The notes beneath the pieces are model-generated. The model saw only the letters and a list, made by a program, of their open reading frames with translations, was not told the origin of the DNA and did no database searches. From NCBI GenBank assembly GCA_963924565.1, contig OZ004608.1, positions 1,736,001 through 1,800,000 of the forward strand: a stretch of DNA of 64,000 nucleotides, in the 5' to 3' direction. Shown here piece after piece: positions 27,101 through 39,000 of this stretch. The position numbers were made by a program, and so were the translations under genes. This DNA comes from Ascidiella aspersa. Taxonomy: Eukaryota. Position 1 is the stretch's first letter. Each line of letters starts with the position of its first letter.

Positions 27101-30100
27101 GTTTAATTCCCTTCCGACGGATCATTACAAATATTACACCAAAGCCTATATGTTTTTTGTTTCAGAAATTCATAATCGTTTGCTACAGTAGTAATATTTT
27201 GCATGCTAATGCCATATAATGATATATGTAAGCAGTTTTCACCGCAATTTAGTTTAGACGCGAAACGAAATGATAATGCGACGAACTTGTAAAGTTGGAA
27301 GGGCGCACAGTTTGCTAACCTCTGGTTTAAACAAACGTAACTTGTTGAAACAAAAATACAATCTGGCCCGCCGACTTAATTCTTATGTCCCGCCCGACAT
27401 TTTCTAAAACAAGGTCATTCAATAGCTAGTTTATCGACCGACATGCATGATTGTATGCAAAATAAAAGGTGAAAAACTAATGTAAACGTTAATCAAATTT
27501 CAAACTAAACGACGAATTCATATATTTTAGTGAATATTTTTCATGTTTTTTGTTGGTTACCCCAGCATTAAACCAATAACTTGAACTAGGTACACCATGC
27601 ACGGATCTGTGATGTAGTTAAAAAAGGAACGTCAAAGTCAAAAAGTTCGATTACATCGACATGACCTTGAAAGACGTTTAGAGTCGTAGTTCCACCATCA
27701 GTTATTATCGGACGGAACGTATTTAGTAAGATGATGTCGGTTTACTCGACCTTTTTGGCTTTGACATTTAATAACTTGAAGTTAGAGTTTTCACTTTGCA
27801 GTTCAGCAACAAAATATTCTGAAAAAGTTAAAATAGAGTTTTCTAAACAGGTGACGCCGCCCTTTAGGTTTTTGCTTATTCAACTAATTCAGATGAAATT
27901 TACCCAAATTTTTGCTCCGACTTTCCAGGCGATGACGTCAGTCACGCATGAGTACACCGAGCTGTGCGCTAGGGTCGCTAGAGAGCAGCGTCTCCACTTC
28001 GAGCATCAGCTTGGGGAGATCACCGAGAAGTGCCTCACCTTGCTTGCTGCTCAGGTAAAAAGTTGTGACGTTTTGTTCGGTGGTTACTTCAATCTCTTTT
28101 GGTTTCAATGCTTTAAAGGCTTTAAACTCTTGTGTTGTATTATTTGTATTTATATATAAATATACATAGTATGTGGTAAAATCAGTGAAAGAAACATAAA
28201 ATTAACAAATTAGAAAAAGGGTATAAATTATATGGGATACGAACAAGATATCTCAAAATATATTTGAGAAAATTGCGGAAGCGCCCCGAAGAGATGCCTG
28301 ATATTAACTCAACTTAAATCTATTATTATTGCTTCTCTCTTATTTGGTTTTGTTTCTTTAGGCTTAAAATTAGTTCAGTGAAGAATTTGGTGGCCGAAAC
28401 TTCACTATTAAACGTGAAATATTTCGGTCGCCGCCAAAAACCACGTTTTCTTAAATCTTGTTTTCTTTCAACGAAGGAAAGAGCGATCGAGCTAAAAGTT
28501 GCCGAAGCGATTGCGCAACAATCGGACGCCTTTCAGAAACTTCTCGACACAAGCCAGGAGAGCGTTGATCGGTTCGTGACGTCACGATGTGATGACGTGG
28601 TCGCCCGATGCTCAGAGGCGAGCGATAAAGTGGAGGAATACTTAAAGGTAAACTTGAAGATTGATGGGCAGAAAATTTGGGAATTAATACATTAACTCGT
28701 CGCTTTAAAACAGGGGTCGGCAACCTTTTTCTAGTCGCGGGCCAAAACCCAGTTAGAAAGGTCTCTGCGGGCCGCACAAAATAATAACTAAGAATTGTGC
28801 TATTAAAATGTAAGAACAACTGTGAATCAGGCGACCCTCGGTTGTTTTTTGCATTTGAAAACGTGTTTAATAACATTTACAGAGACAGTAAAGTGTTAAC
28901 GTAAAGCGAGAAAAAAAAGTTAGTTTGGTTTAAAATTAGAGTTCACACGTCGTCATCCATACTTTTTATGAAAAGTGCAATAAAACTACTTTGAGGGAAC
29001 GCGATAACATTTAAAGTTAATCTAGTTTAGTGTTTGTTAAGCGTTCAAGTTAAGGCACAACTGGCGAGCGAAGCGAGCGCGATTTTTCGGGTATACCGGT
29101 ATTTCTTTTAAATTTTTTTTAGTTTTTATTATATTGCCGAAAATAAAAAAAAATGTTAATAAATAGATGTCCAATATTTTTTTGCGCGACACACGCCTTC
29201 TACGGCGCAAGGGTAAAAGCAGCGTTTTTTAGCGGCCTTCCACGGCGCAACGGTTAACAATCGCTGATGTAAAAGGAAGCATCAAAACGTAAAAAAGCAG
29301 ACGCCTCAATCATTCGCGCGAAGCGCGAAAATTTTTTGCATTTTCGTATTTAAAATAGTCAAAAAGTATGTAAAACAGACTCGTGTCTAACTTGCCAAAG
29401 AGGCCGCGGGCCGGATGAATTACATTAGCGGGCCGGATCCGGCACGCGGGCCGTAGGTTGCCGACTCCTGCTTTAAAACAACCCGAGTACTACTCCGGCT
29501 AAACGTGCGATTTCCTAAATGAGCGAGTCCCACTCTAACTCTACATGCTGTATTTTTCCCAATCCAGGTGGATATTCAGCAATCCACTCCTATGGGTGTA
29601 TATAATTCACCGAACCACAAAACATGGTTGTGGAACATTTCACTATTTACTTTTTCACCTTTATAATTTACAGTTTGCGGTCTTACCAGTTTCGAAATTG
29701 GTACTGCGCATGCGCATGTCGGACTCAGAACTCAGGTACTTGTTCGAGTCCCGAGTTCGACACCAGCAAAATAAACAGACTCTGTCTCCACTCCGCAGCC
29801 CTCTGTAAAGCAATGTTTAATAGACGAAGTTGATTTTGCCGAATGTCAGTTGGTACAAACCAGGTTGTGGTCTTCCCTGTGTTATGCTTGAAAGCTTCAA
29901 TATATCCGTTACATATGTGCTTTCAGGTTAAGGTCAATGAAGCGTTGGAAGATCAAGTGAAATCAGATGCAAAGTCGAAGAAAGAAGCGCTTGAAGAGCT
30001 CACAAAAACACACAAGGTAATGAAAACACAACCGAAGGAATTTGGCACGTACTTCCTTATAGGGATATGCAATACTTAATTAGGCCGCCCAAGTAAAGTC

Positions 30101-30989
30101 ATGAAAACACAACCGAAGGGCACATACTTCCTTGTAGGGATATCCAATACTAAAATCTGCACTATGGTTAAACAAGCAAATACATGAAAACGTTCAACGG
30201 CAATTTTTAATAACTTTAGTTGCCTCCACTTGTTAACCTACATTTTTTTTTATAAATTCACCTTTCAATGTAGAAATCGATGCAATAATTCACTAATCAT
30301 TGCTGAAATTCCTGTTTTAATCTGTCATCGGATCGGCATCGATACCCTAGTATCGGGCGAGTACCGATACACTTGGCATAAGGTATCGACCCGGTATTAT
30401 CGGACATCCCGAATAGCAATGACGTCATTTAGAATCGGATCTCGATATAAAGTTCCATCCCACAATGCATCAGGGTTTTTATCGTTATTTAACTTTCCCA
30501 TAATTCCACGCGCAGGAAAATCTCGAGCGAGCGTTGCGAGAGGAGCGCGAAAAGCATTGTGACGTCACCAAGAAGGCGGTGGAAGACGCGAGACGTTCAG
30601 TGATGGAATCTGTGAAAGCCGACAACGAGGTGAGCAGGATTTTTTATTGTTTCAACGAAAAAATATTCGATTTTTGTGTCATTGTATCATTTTTTTATAT
30701 TTATTATTCTTTTATTCTTTACAATGTTTTTTTTTATACTTTAAATTTTTTTTTAATATTAATTGTGTTTTTTGTTGTTTTTTTACTAAGATTGTTCAAC
30801 GTCCTAAATGAATTTATTCTTTCTTCTTTTTTTTTTGACATTTTTATCCTTGATCATTTTTTTGTTATTCCGCAGCAAAACCGACTGACCCGCGAGCGCC
30901 ACCTGACGGCCCTACGTATGTTGATGGCGTCATCACAGGAACACTTGCGCCTCCTAGTAGACGATCCGCCACCTAGTGACGAAACGTAG
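21147..30989 (+). CDS. CCDC91: Coiled-coil domain-containing protein 91 (p56, GGA-binding partner), about 463 aa; exons 21147-21282, 21755-21813, 22038-22099, 23281-23333, 23776-23916, 24871-25043, 26149-26301, 27929-28054, 28477-28647, 29927-30016, 30516-30629, 30876-30989
   Basis: The N-terminus MADDWEDDDFGTFESAD carries the acidic DFGxF gamma-adaptin-ear binding motif typical of p56. A low-complexity linker is followed by a long E/K/R-rich coiled coil. The C-terminal RERHLTALRMLMASSQEHLRLLV resembles the conserved CCDC91 C-terminal helix. All junctions are GT-AG and in phase; small linker exons 2-5 are less certain. Confidence 0.85.
22111..22224. repeat. Minisatellite, 19-bp unit x6
   Basis: TTATGTTTAAGCTTTGAAG repeated six times with few substitutions, starting 12 nt into CCDC91 intron 3. 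Confidence 0.95.
22822..23131. mobile_element. hAT-type MITE nested inside an older GACTT/AAGTC-rich repeat
   Basis: Termini CAGTAGTTCTTAACC / GGTGAAAAACCACTG; perfect 8-bp TSD GTCTAAGT (22814-22821 and 23132-23139). Confidence 0.85.
25493..25803. mobile_element. hAT-type MITE
   Basis: Termini CAGGGTTTCTTGAAC / GTTTAAGAACCCCTG; TSD gtttaagc / gtttaaac (7 of 8). A related decayed copy lies at about 47533-47853. Confidence 0.8.
27069..27324. mobile_element. hAT-type MITE, degenerate
   Basis: Termini CAGTGGTTCTCAAAC / GTTTGCTAACCTCTG; the TSD is poorly conserved. Confidence 0.55.
28711..29470. mobile_element. hAT-type non-autonomous element, 760 bp
   Basis: TIR CAGGGGTCGGCAACC / GGTTGCCGACTCCTG; perfect 8-bp TSD CTTTAAAA; subterminal GCGGGCCG repeats. 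Confidence 0.9.
30325..30450. repeat. CCGATAC/GTATCGG-rich repeat family
   Basis: Clustered GATAC/GTATCG motifs; homologous segments at about 37386-37455 and 38450-38545. Confidence 0.7.
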
Positions 30990-33900
30990 CGTTTGACGTT
31001 GCCGCTAGTGGGCGCCGAAGCGTCGTTTAAGTGAATGGTAAACCTCGGGAGTATGAGAGAGAGATTGGAGTAAAGTTGCACAATTACTGCAAATTGTTGC
31101 GGTTTAGTCGTTTTCTGTGATGTAATAATTACGACTCCAGCCAATAGACCGAGATAAGAACAACTTCAACGTCGAAATAAGCAACGTTCGGAATGAGATC
31201 AAAGTAGGACTAGTCCTAATGGTATTAGTACCGTCTAAATCGGAAATAAGACCTAAACCCGTCGGAATAAGACTAAACTGCCAGAACAAGAAAACAAGCC
31301 TTACCAAACCCCAATCCCTCAAACCCGCTCATATATTATTCTGTTGTGGTTATTATTTTGTATTTAGATTTATAATTTTGTTAGTCCTAATACTATTGTA
31401 TTACAGATTATTCGGTTTTATATATTGTTGCTTTATATGTCTTATAGCGTATTGCCGATAATTACAACTATATTGCATACCCAATAAAACTTAAACAAAT
31501 ATGTAAGCCCCGTATTTACGTTGTTCTACTTTTTGAAGTTTCTATTGCCAATTTTTATTCCGTTCTTCTGTTACTTCAGCAATTGCTTACAAGATCATTC
31601 CATTTACTTCTGTATTTATCGGCGTAAATCATGTGTTTTGCTTTCACGTTGATTTGATAAATCGTCGGTGCAATCTGAACTGTTCAATATTTGCGTTTAC
31701 TTTATCATATGCACAATAAATGAAAACAAAACAGTTTTCTCTCGGAAATAACGATCACGGAAGAGCTACCATAAAGGATAAACATTAAATCATCCATATT
31801 AAAAATATAAGTAAAATATCTGACTCATGTTTGTAATCAACGCCATAAATAAATTATGTCTTTGTTAAGTAGCAATAAATTAGAACATAATCTGAAACCT
31901 GTAAAAAATATATAATACCTTTCGTATAACTTTCAATAAACGCGTGCGGTAAAGGCAGGTTGCCAGCATTTAATTGAAGCGCAGCGCGGAAATTTTAAAC
32001 GCAATCTGGAAAGATCTTAAAAAATGACTAAAAACATGTGGTTTTCAATCAGCTTTCCGTCTAAGAAAAGAGTTCTTAAACTATAGAGTCCATGAAGTTC
32101 CATGAACCCATTGGGGTCCGTGTTCTAGTTTTAGGAGGTTTATTAAGGCATAGTTAAAATCTTATTGTATTATTAAAAAATATTCAAAAGTATAGAACAA
32201 ACGAATGCCTGGCAGCAACAATAAATCAGTTAGTATTGTTACAAGTAAATGCCCTATATTTAAGCTGGGCAAGGCCGTATATTTTGTCTAGTCTTCAATA
32301 AAATTATTACCAGCGTTTAAATCCCTTAAGACGATATTCGATCCGTGACTTTAATAAACCTCAGAGAGAAGTTGGCAGCTTCAGCAATTGATATTTCACA
32401 TTTGCGCAAGATTTCCTCAATAGCTTAAATGAGCCAACAGAAATCTCATCGTTGGCCAAGACTAGTGCCTTATGCGAGTTGTGAAACCACGTTCATTGAA
32501 ATCTAATCTCCCCTGGGTGATTCCATACTCTGGCTCAAATGTTTGTGACTTTGTATTTAAAACTGTCCCTACAATAAACCAAAAGTTTTGGCGAGGATTT
32601 GGTTATTGATGTTTAAGCAAGCTTATTGTGCCATTATGTGGTTGCTCATAACAATGACCTAATGCTTAACACGTTTTAATTTATCTATTTTGCAAATTCG
32701 TTTCCGAAATGTTGCTCAATGCAATTAATCGCGAGTGACATTCTTCGAAACAAGCGTGTTTATCATTCACTTAAGTCACTGTTTCAAATGACTTCACTTG
32801 GCTGTGCAAAAATGACTTGGACTAAAATTGGGATTTTTCGTTAAATGTTTTCAATAAAATGGTGTAATTTATCTCAATTTTTGCAAATAAAACAACTTTT
32901 TTTCGTGTTATTTAGTTGAGTTATGCGAGTTATAGAGTAGCTTATAATCGTTCGAGTTTGTTTTGATTTTCTTACACTGAAATGAATTGAAGTTGATGAA
33001 GAAAGGATTTGTTTGAGCAACTGATGGCTATAATTAATATCCACTGTGTGTGGTTGTTTTGTCTACTGCTTCGCACCTGGCACATGTAATAGCTTATCTT
33101 GCCGTGATAAAATCCTGCCTCATATGGTTCCTTTATATAATTGGAATTTGTCCAGCTGGTAAAAACAAAACCCCTTGGAGTTTTTGACCTTTGATTTTGC
33201 TAATTAAACCTCACCAAATAATTAAACCCTATAATATTTTAAACAACCAATATTTTCGAAATTAACCGTGAAATATCACCGGTCTATAGTGAATATACAA
33301 ATAAAAATAGCTTTTTTGTGGTATATATCGGCTATTTTAGCGTAGGATGTCAAGTAAAAAATATTTTGCGCGAATATTTGGCGGCCACAAATTATGGAAT
33401 GCAGTAAGGCTGAATGATTTCAACAAATCGTTGCCAACATTTATGTGACGCAAGAGAAACAGTTTCAGAGTAAAGTATTTAAAAGAATATCAACTTCCAG
33501 TCAAGTCACTGTAAAAGCAAGTAAACTAGTCTAATCATTGATAAAATAAACCATAAACTATTCAAATTGTTTAACCAGTCTGGTTATGAGCGCTAAATTT
33601 AACTAAAAAATACATGCAGTAATCTAAGCGTTTTACGTGCAAAGATTAAGTTAAGTAGCTTAACTTATTAAAATGTTGAATAAAAACACTTAGGTCAAAT
33701 TAAGTCATTCGAAAATAGTGACATAAGTGCACTTAAATCAAGTTATTGCAAGACCGTGGCTACTTTATAGTCGAACTTACGAGCAAGACAAACGCACACA
33801 TCAATAGAACGCCGTTCATTCGGCAAACCTAGTTCGTACCGGCTTGTACTTCAATATCTGATTCTAATGGTAAACATTATATACATGTGGAACTTATTAA

Positions 33901-35824
33901 TAGAACGTCCATTTGGCAAACATAGATTTCAATTCACCAACACTATTTCCGGTCATGTTAACCATCAGTTCTTAACCTGTAGTACATGTATCAAGTTATA
34001 CGCTTGAGCTTTCAGGTGGTAGGTTAGTTGCAGGTTTAACGCAAAGTTTACAATAAAAAACTTTGGTCTAACGCGAAGCTTTTCGACCTTGTAAGTATTT
34101 TACTTGCCAAATCGAGGTCTATTGTAAAATCTACGGATAGCGATGTGAGATTTTGAATAGTGATCTTTGGTTACAGTTAGATTTTTAAATTCAATTTTTG
34201 AACGTATTAAACATAAGTAAACAGGAGAAAAAATGTTTTTTTTGAAGCCGGATTTGCAGCGACAATGAAAAGTCACTGAGCGGTGGATACAGCGGTGTCC
34301 CGGTAAAATAGAATTTACAGATACGCCGAAAAATGATGTCATTTCTACCAGGCCATCCCGCAATGTCCCTATAGTATTGACCTGAAACTTATGTTTTTAT
34401 ATGGGCCGAAAATTTATTTTCGGGACATATCTTGTTTGTATTACTATGAACCTGTTGCTGCTTAAGAATAATAATACAGCCGAATATTAATTTTGTGCTG
34501 ATCAAAAAAAAGCCCTGAGAACGGACTAAGAAAAACTGAAAGTAAATAATTTTTAGTTACGTTGATTATTGTAAATTTTCGTTTGTTGTTCGGCAAATTA
34601 TCTTAATGCATACAGTGTTTCGAGGCTCAAAAAGGTTGAAACACCACAGTAGCCTACACGGGGGGCTAATAGAAGCTTGTACGTTCGTTACATCACACCA
34701 ACCCGTTTGACCTCGCTCACATTTATTACGTCACACATCACGAAGACCGGAAACACGTGATCGGTCAGCGCGCTTGTCGCGAGTCGCTTCCGGTGGCCGT
34801 ATGTCGCGTGTCGCTTCGGCATCACGCGGCAAAACTAGGCCGAGAGGCACGCGACAGAGAATGCCAGCTGGGTTTTTAGTGGCAGCTAAGTTTACATCCT
34901 TTTCCGCTTTGGCAACAACGCTATTTCGCCACAATACCAGCTCAACTGTAGAGAGGCTTATTTTTATTTAGTTCAGTAAGGTTTTTAACTCTGTGCTTTG
35001 AGAGATTGTCAACTGTGTCGCGAAACTTTTGTAATTTTGGAACATCAATTCGCATTCGAAAGAGCAAGCAAGTGAGACTTTAGGGCGCTGGTCTACAATC
35101 CCACCACTTTTTTTAGGTACAGTATCGAAACAGGATTGGTTCAGAGCTTTTCCACTTAACACTGCACTTTTACTGCAAGCACACTGCACAGCTCTGAACC
35201 ATTAGCGCAGTAATCGGCAAGCACGTGTGTTTTATGGTAATTTGCAGGATTTGATAAAATACGACATCTGCAAGTTGAAGACAAGATGGAATATTTGCCA
35301 CGAACTCTTCTAACCGTTACGAACTTTTTATTGCAAAGACATTTTGTTTTAAGCTAATGTGATATTCCTTATTGGAAAAAATAATGTATGGACTCTATTG
35401 TCCAGCACTGCATAATTGAATAGAGTAGTTATAGTTTATTAATCACAGAACCATCAGCAATTCAAAACCTTACCGCCCTTGCTTTCATTATGGGAACAAT
35501 TAAAGACTGGTTTCGTATCAAAACCGGTCATGAGAATTGAAATTCTATTTTCTTAGCGCGTCTAACGATAAAAGTTTTGGAGCAACTAGTTAGTTGCTGA
35601 ATGTGAGCAATATACTCCATGCTGGGTGCCTTTGTGTCGTAACACAGCCTTCAAACAAGGCGCATTGTTTGGCATTGTGACGCGTTAAGGTAAGAATAAA
35701 GTTGAGCACTTTAAACCTGAATAGTTGGACTATGTTTGTTGTACCAGGTTTAATTTACAAGTTTTATTTTTAACAAAAATTCCAGATAAGCTTTATTTTA
35801 AAGAACAGAAGAAAAACAGTGCTC

Positions 35825-36022
35825 GGCGCTGCTCTAGAACCCTACCACAGCGTTGATACAATTATTAAAGCAATGCACAATATTTGGGTTAGGATGTCGG
35901 TTAGTGTTTGGGTAAGGGTGGGTTAAGCCTTATTATTTAAAAATATTAATTAACTCACCTAAACGCTAACCCGCACCCTAACCCAAGTAATGTTCGTTGT
36001 GGTAGGATTCTAGACCAGCGCC
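35825..36022. mobile_element. 198-bp palindromic MITE with GG termini and 8-bp TSD (Merlin-like)
   Basis: TIR GGCGCTGCTCTAGAACCCTACCACA / TGTGGTAGGATTCTAGACCAGCGCC; perfect TSD CAGTGCTC (35817-35824, 36023-36030); internal arms rich in GGGTTA/TAACCC. Confidence 0.85.
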
Positions 36023-39000
36023 CAGTGCTCTATTAATGAAAGATTGCAGAGAGTAAAATGTTTTTTTTTGTTCAGTTGCTGATTTGTGAACGACATTGAA
36101 CGAATATTTTAGGTTTCCTGAGGTTACCTTTTTTATCGGTTGTACCCGTATACCTATTTACCAAAGTTTGACTTAATATTATTTGCATTTAAGGCAGTGT
36201 TGCTCAACCCATGGGTACCGACCCAAACCAGGCCTCTTGTTTGATTTGGTTTCTTTGCTGAAGTAATTTTATATAATTAGATTTATTGAGATTAGTTCTG
36301 GGCAAGATATCTCAAAAATTTGGAAAATATCGAGGAACATACAAAGGCATGACCCAAATTAATTAAATTCCTATTTATTTTTTGCCATTTGTCTTAAGTT
36401 GAAAAAAAAGTTCAGTGTAGAAAGTTGGGTCGCCAAAGCTGCGATGTTATACTTTGATGCTTTAGTATTTGAAAAGCAGCTAAAAAAAGGTTAAGAAACA
36501 CTAACAAGTATTGCGTAATAAAAAATCATTTTGATTTGCAACTAAAAAAGGCGAAACTAAATTTTTGCGGTTCTACAATATAAAAAAACTAAAGAAAACT
36601 AAAAAAGTTAATTTATCCGTATACAACAGTTTGGAAACCTTACGTAACCCCACAGGTATTTTCACCTTTTTAGGAAAAAAATAGCTGATAGCATTTGGTC
36701 GACTGTTAAGTCTATGGTTTTAGTTTTTCCGGTAAAAATTGAATTAGGTCTCTAAATAGATGCTTCTTAGCTTCCACCTATGGGGTGTAAATATAACTGT
36801 AAGCGGTGAACACACAAAATTTCACGCGCACAATTACAAAAAGCTAGATTGATGACTGATGAGTTACATAAGGCAATATATAGAGAAAAATACGGTCTAA
36901 AAATACAACACATGATGTGGGTTTTGTGAAAAATTTGATAGGTCTACCCAAAACCTTTTTCCCGGTACAACCCTAATATTTAGTGGGCGTTTCACAACTA
37001 TATAAGGCGTGACGGTTGTGCAGCGCACACTTCAATCAGGAACGTACTTTTATTGACTTGATAATTTGGTGTTTGAGGATGTGTATACTTATAGTCGATT
37101 TTTTAAAGCGTTGGTGTCAAATTTTCAAGTGCGACCCAAATTTGAGTTTTGTGAACACCTCGCGACCCAAGATACGGGACAACTATGGTATTAAATTTGT
37201 TATTCTATGTTAGGATAAAACGAACTTGAAAAAAAATAAAAATAAATTTAAAGACAATTACATCAGTGTATTTTTTGGCGGGTTTTAATCTTCCTTTTGA
37301 TTCTTCCCATTTTTAACCCTTTGCGACACATAGTTTGGGAAGCACTGATTTAAAGAAATCAGCCTATATGTTGTTTTGTGTCAAAGCCGATACTCGATTT
37401 GAGTATCGGTACTCGTCCGATAATAGGGTGGTATCGGTGCCGGTCCGATACCGAGTTAATGTAGGAATTTCGTTCCAACGCAGGGATTGCAAATTTTAAA
37501 GGTAAGTTTATCAGAATATATTTGACTACCATCAAAAGTTTTCACCGGGCCACCACGTTATTTCCTTCAATGTGTTTAAACTTATATTTCAGTTGCATGT
37601 TTCTGCGTTACGTTGGACAATAACCTCAGGTTTCACGAATCTATTTATATTTCCCCTTCTGACGTAATTTTGTGACGTCATCAATTTTTCTAAATTTTTT
37701 TATTAAGTAAATGTTCTACTCTCACCTCTCGTTTAAATGAATCGCTTTTACGCCGTTAGAATGTCCGATCGTTACGCGGGGATTATAGCTCGATTTTCCC
37801 GCAGATTTCAACCACTTTGAGTCGAAGTTAATCGAGTAACTTGGCTGTATAGTAACGTCAGTTTTGACGCAGGAATAATCGAAACCTCCGTCGCTCAGTT
37901 TTGCTGTTTATTTCCGTGTATAGCACGTGATGCGCGGGATTTCAATTTATCACTGACAGTCCTTGTTAAATAAAATCTGTTTGTTAAAATATTGTTTTTT
38001 TTGTTGCGTCATTTTAGGCCGGCATTTAAGTCACGTGATTGGCGAACATCATTACAACACTGGTAATGACTTGGGTTTTATTTAACACATAACTGGTAAC
38101 CTCACATTTGCACACCACCCTACCTAGTATAGTTGGCGTCCTTGCATAGGATGCAACAGGTATGAGCAATGCAACCGGATGTAATGTGCACGGGTTGGTG
38201 CTGAAAGTGAGATCATTGCTCTTAATTGTGTGTTGAGCGTGATGGCGGATATTACAACAGAATAAAAGCTTTTAAAATAGAACTGATGGGATTTGCGCTT
38301 GTGATTGAAAAGTGGTTCCGGGTGCTTTTGTATTGCAACAATCATGTGCTGTTATTTGCATTTCAGTAACCGAAGGCGTAATTCTTTATAAAGTAAATAA
38401 TAAATCTCATAAGTTTGCGCAACCATGTACGATAATATTGGACCGAAGATGATACCCGATACCAAGTGGTAGTATCGGTATTCGTCCGATACTAGGGTGG
38501 TATCGGTACTCGTTCGATACTTATATAGCTAATATCGGTGCCGATTTGACGTTATATTTATAGGCATTCCGGTAATGGTTTACGATCTAACAGCGTTTTG
38601 GAATTAGAAAGTCATTTTGTTAAGAAATATGTACATATACAGTTTGTATTATCCCTATTTTCATTCACCCGCTGCACGGGCATGTTTTCTACACCTGGTG
38701 CTACATACGCAAAGACAGATCCACAAAATGAATTACGTCACTACTAACGCTAGAACAGCTTTCCGTCGATGTCATTTATTATTCTGCCGAGTGCGCAAAC
38801 CAGCTGCGACTTTATTGGCTTGCTGAGGAAGATAAAGACAAATGTTGAGTGATTCCAATGCTTGAACGTACATCTGACGTGTAATACCTGATTGCCCGTC
38901 TCTAAGGCGTGTTTGTGTTTTTGATGGACCACTATTGACAACGTGCAGCAGACCAACGTTATACGTTAGTTTGCTCTTGTTACGCAACTCGCAATATAAT

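Noticed and set aside
29568-29808. Potential extra CCDC91 exon after acceptor-like TTTTTCCCAATCCAG
   Set aside because: The required frame reaches a stop without a convincing donor, and exons 28477-28647 and 29927-30016 already join in phase.
30845-30875. U12-like branch sequence TCCTTGAT in the last CCDC91 intron (also TCCTTAAT at 62826)
   Set aside because: The CCDC91 donor is GTGAGC (U2 type). At 62826 the motif is too close to the AG and no ATCCTT donor was identified.
36856-36890. Other CTGATGA occurrences (also about 12028, 23929, and 44783 and 55544 on -)
   Set aside because: None is followed by a stem II plus GAAA and closing stems, so they are not hammerheads. No matching terminal stems for C/D snoRNAs were seen either.
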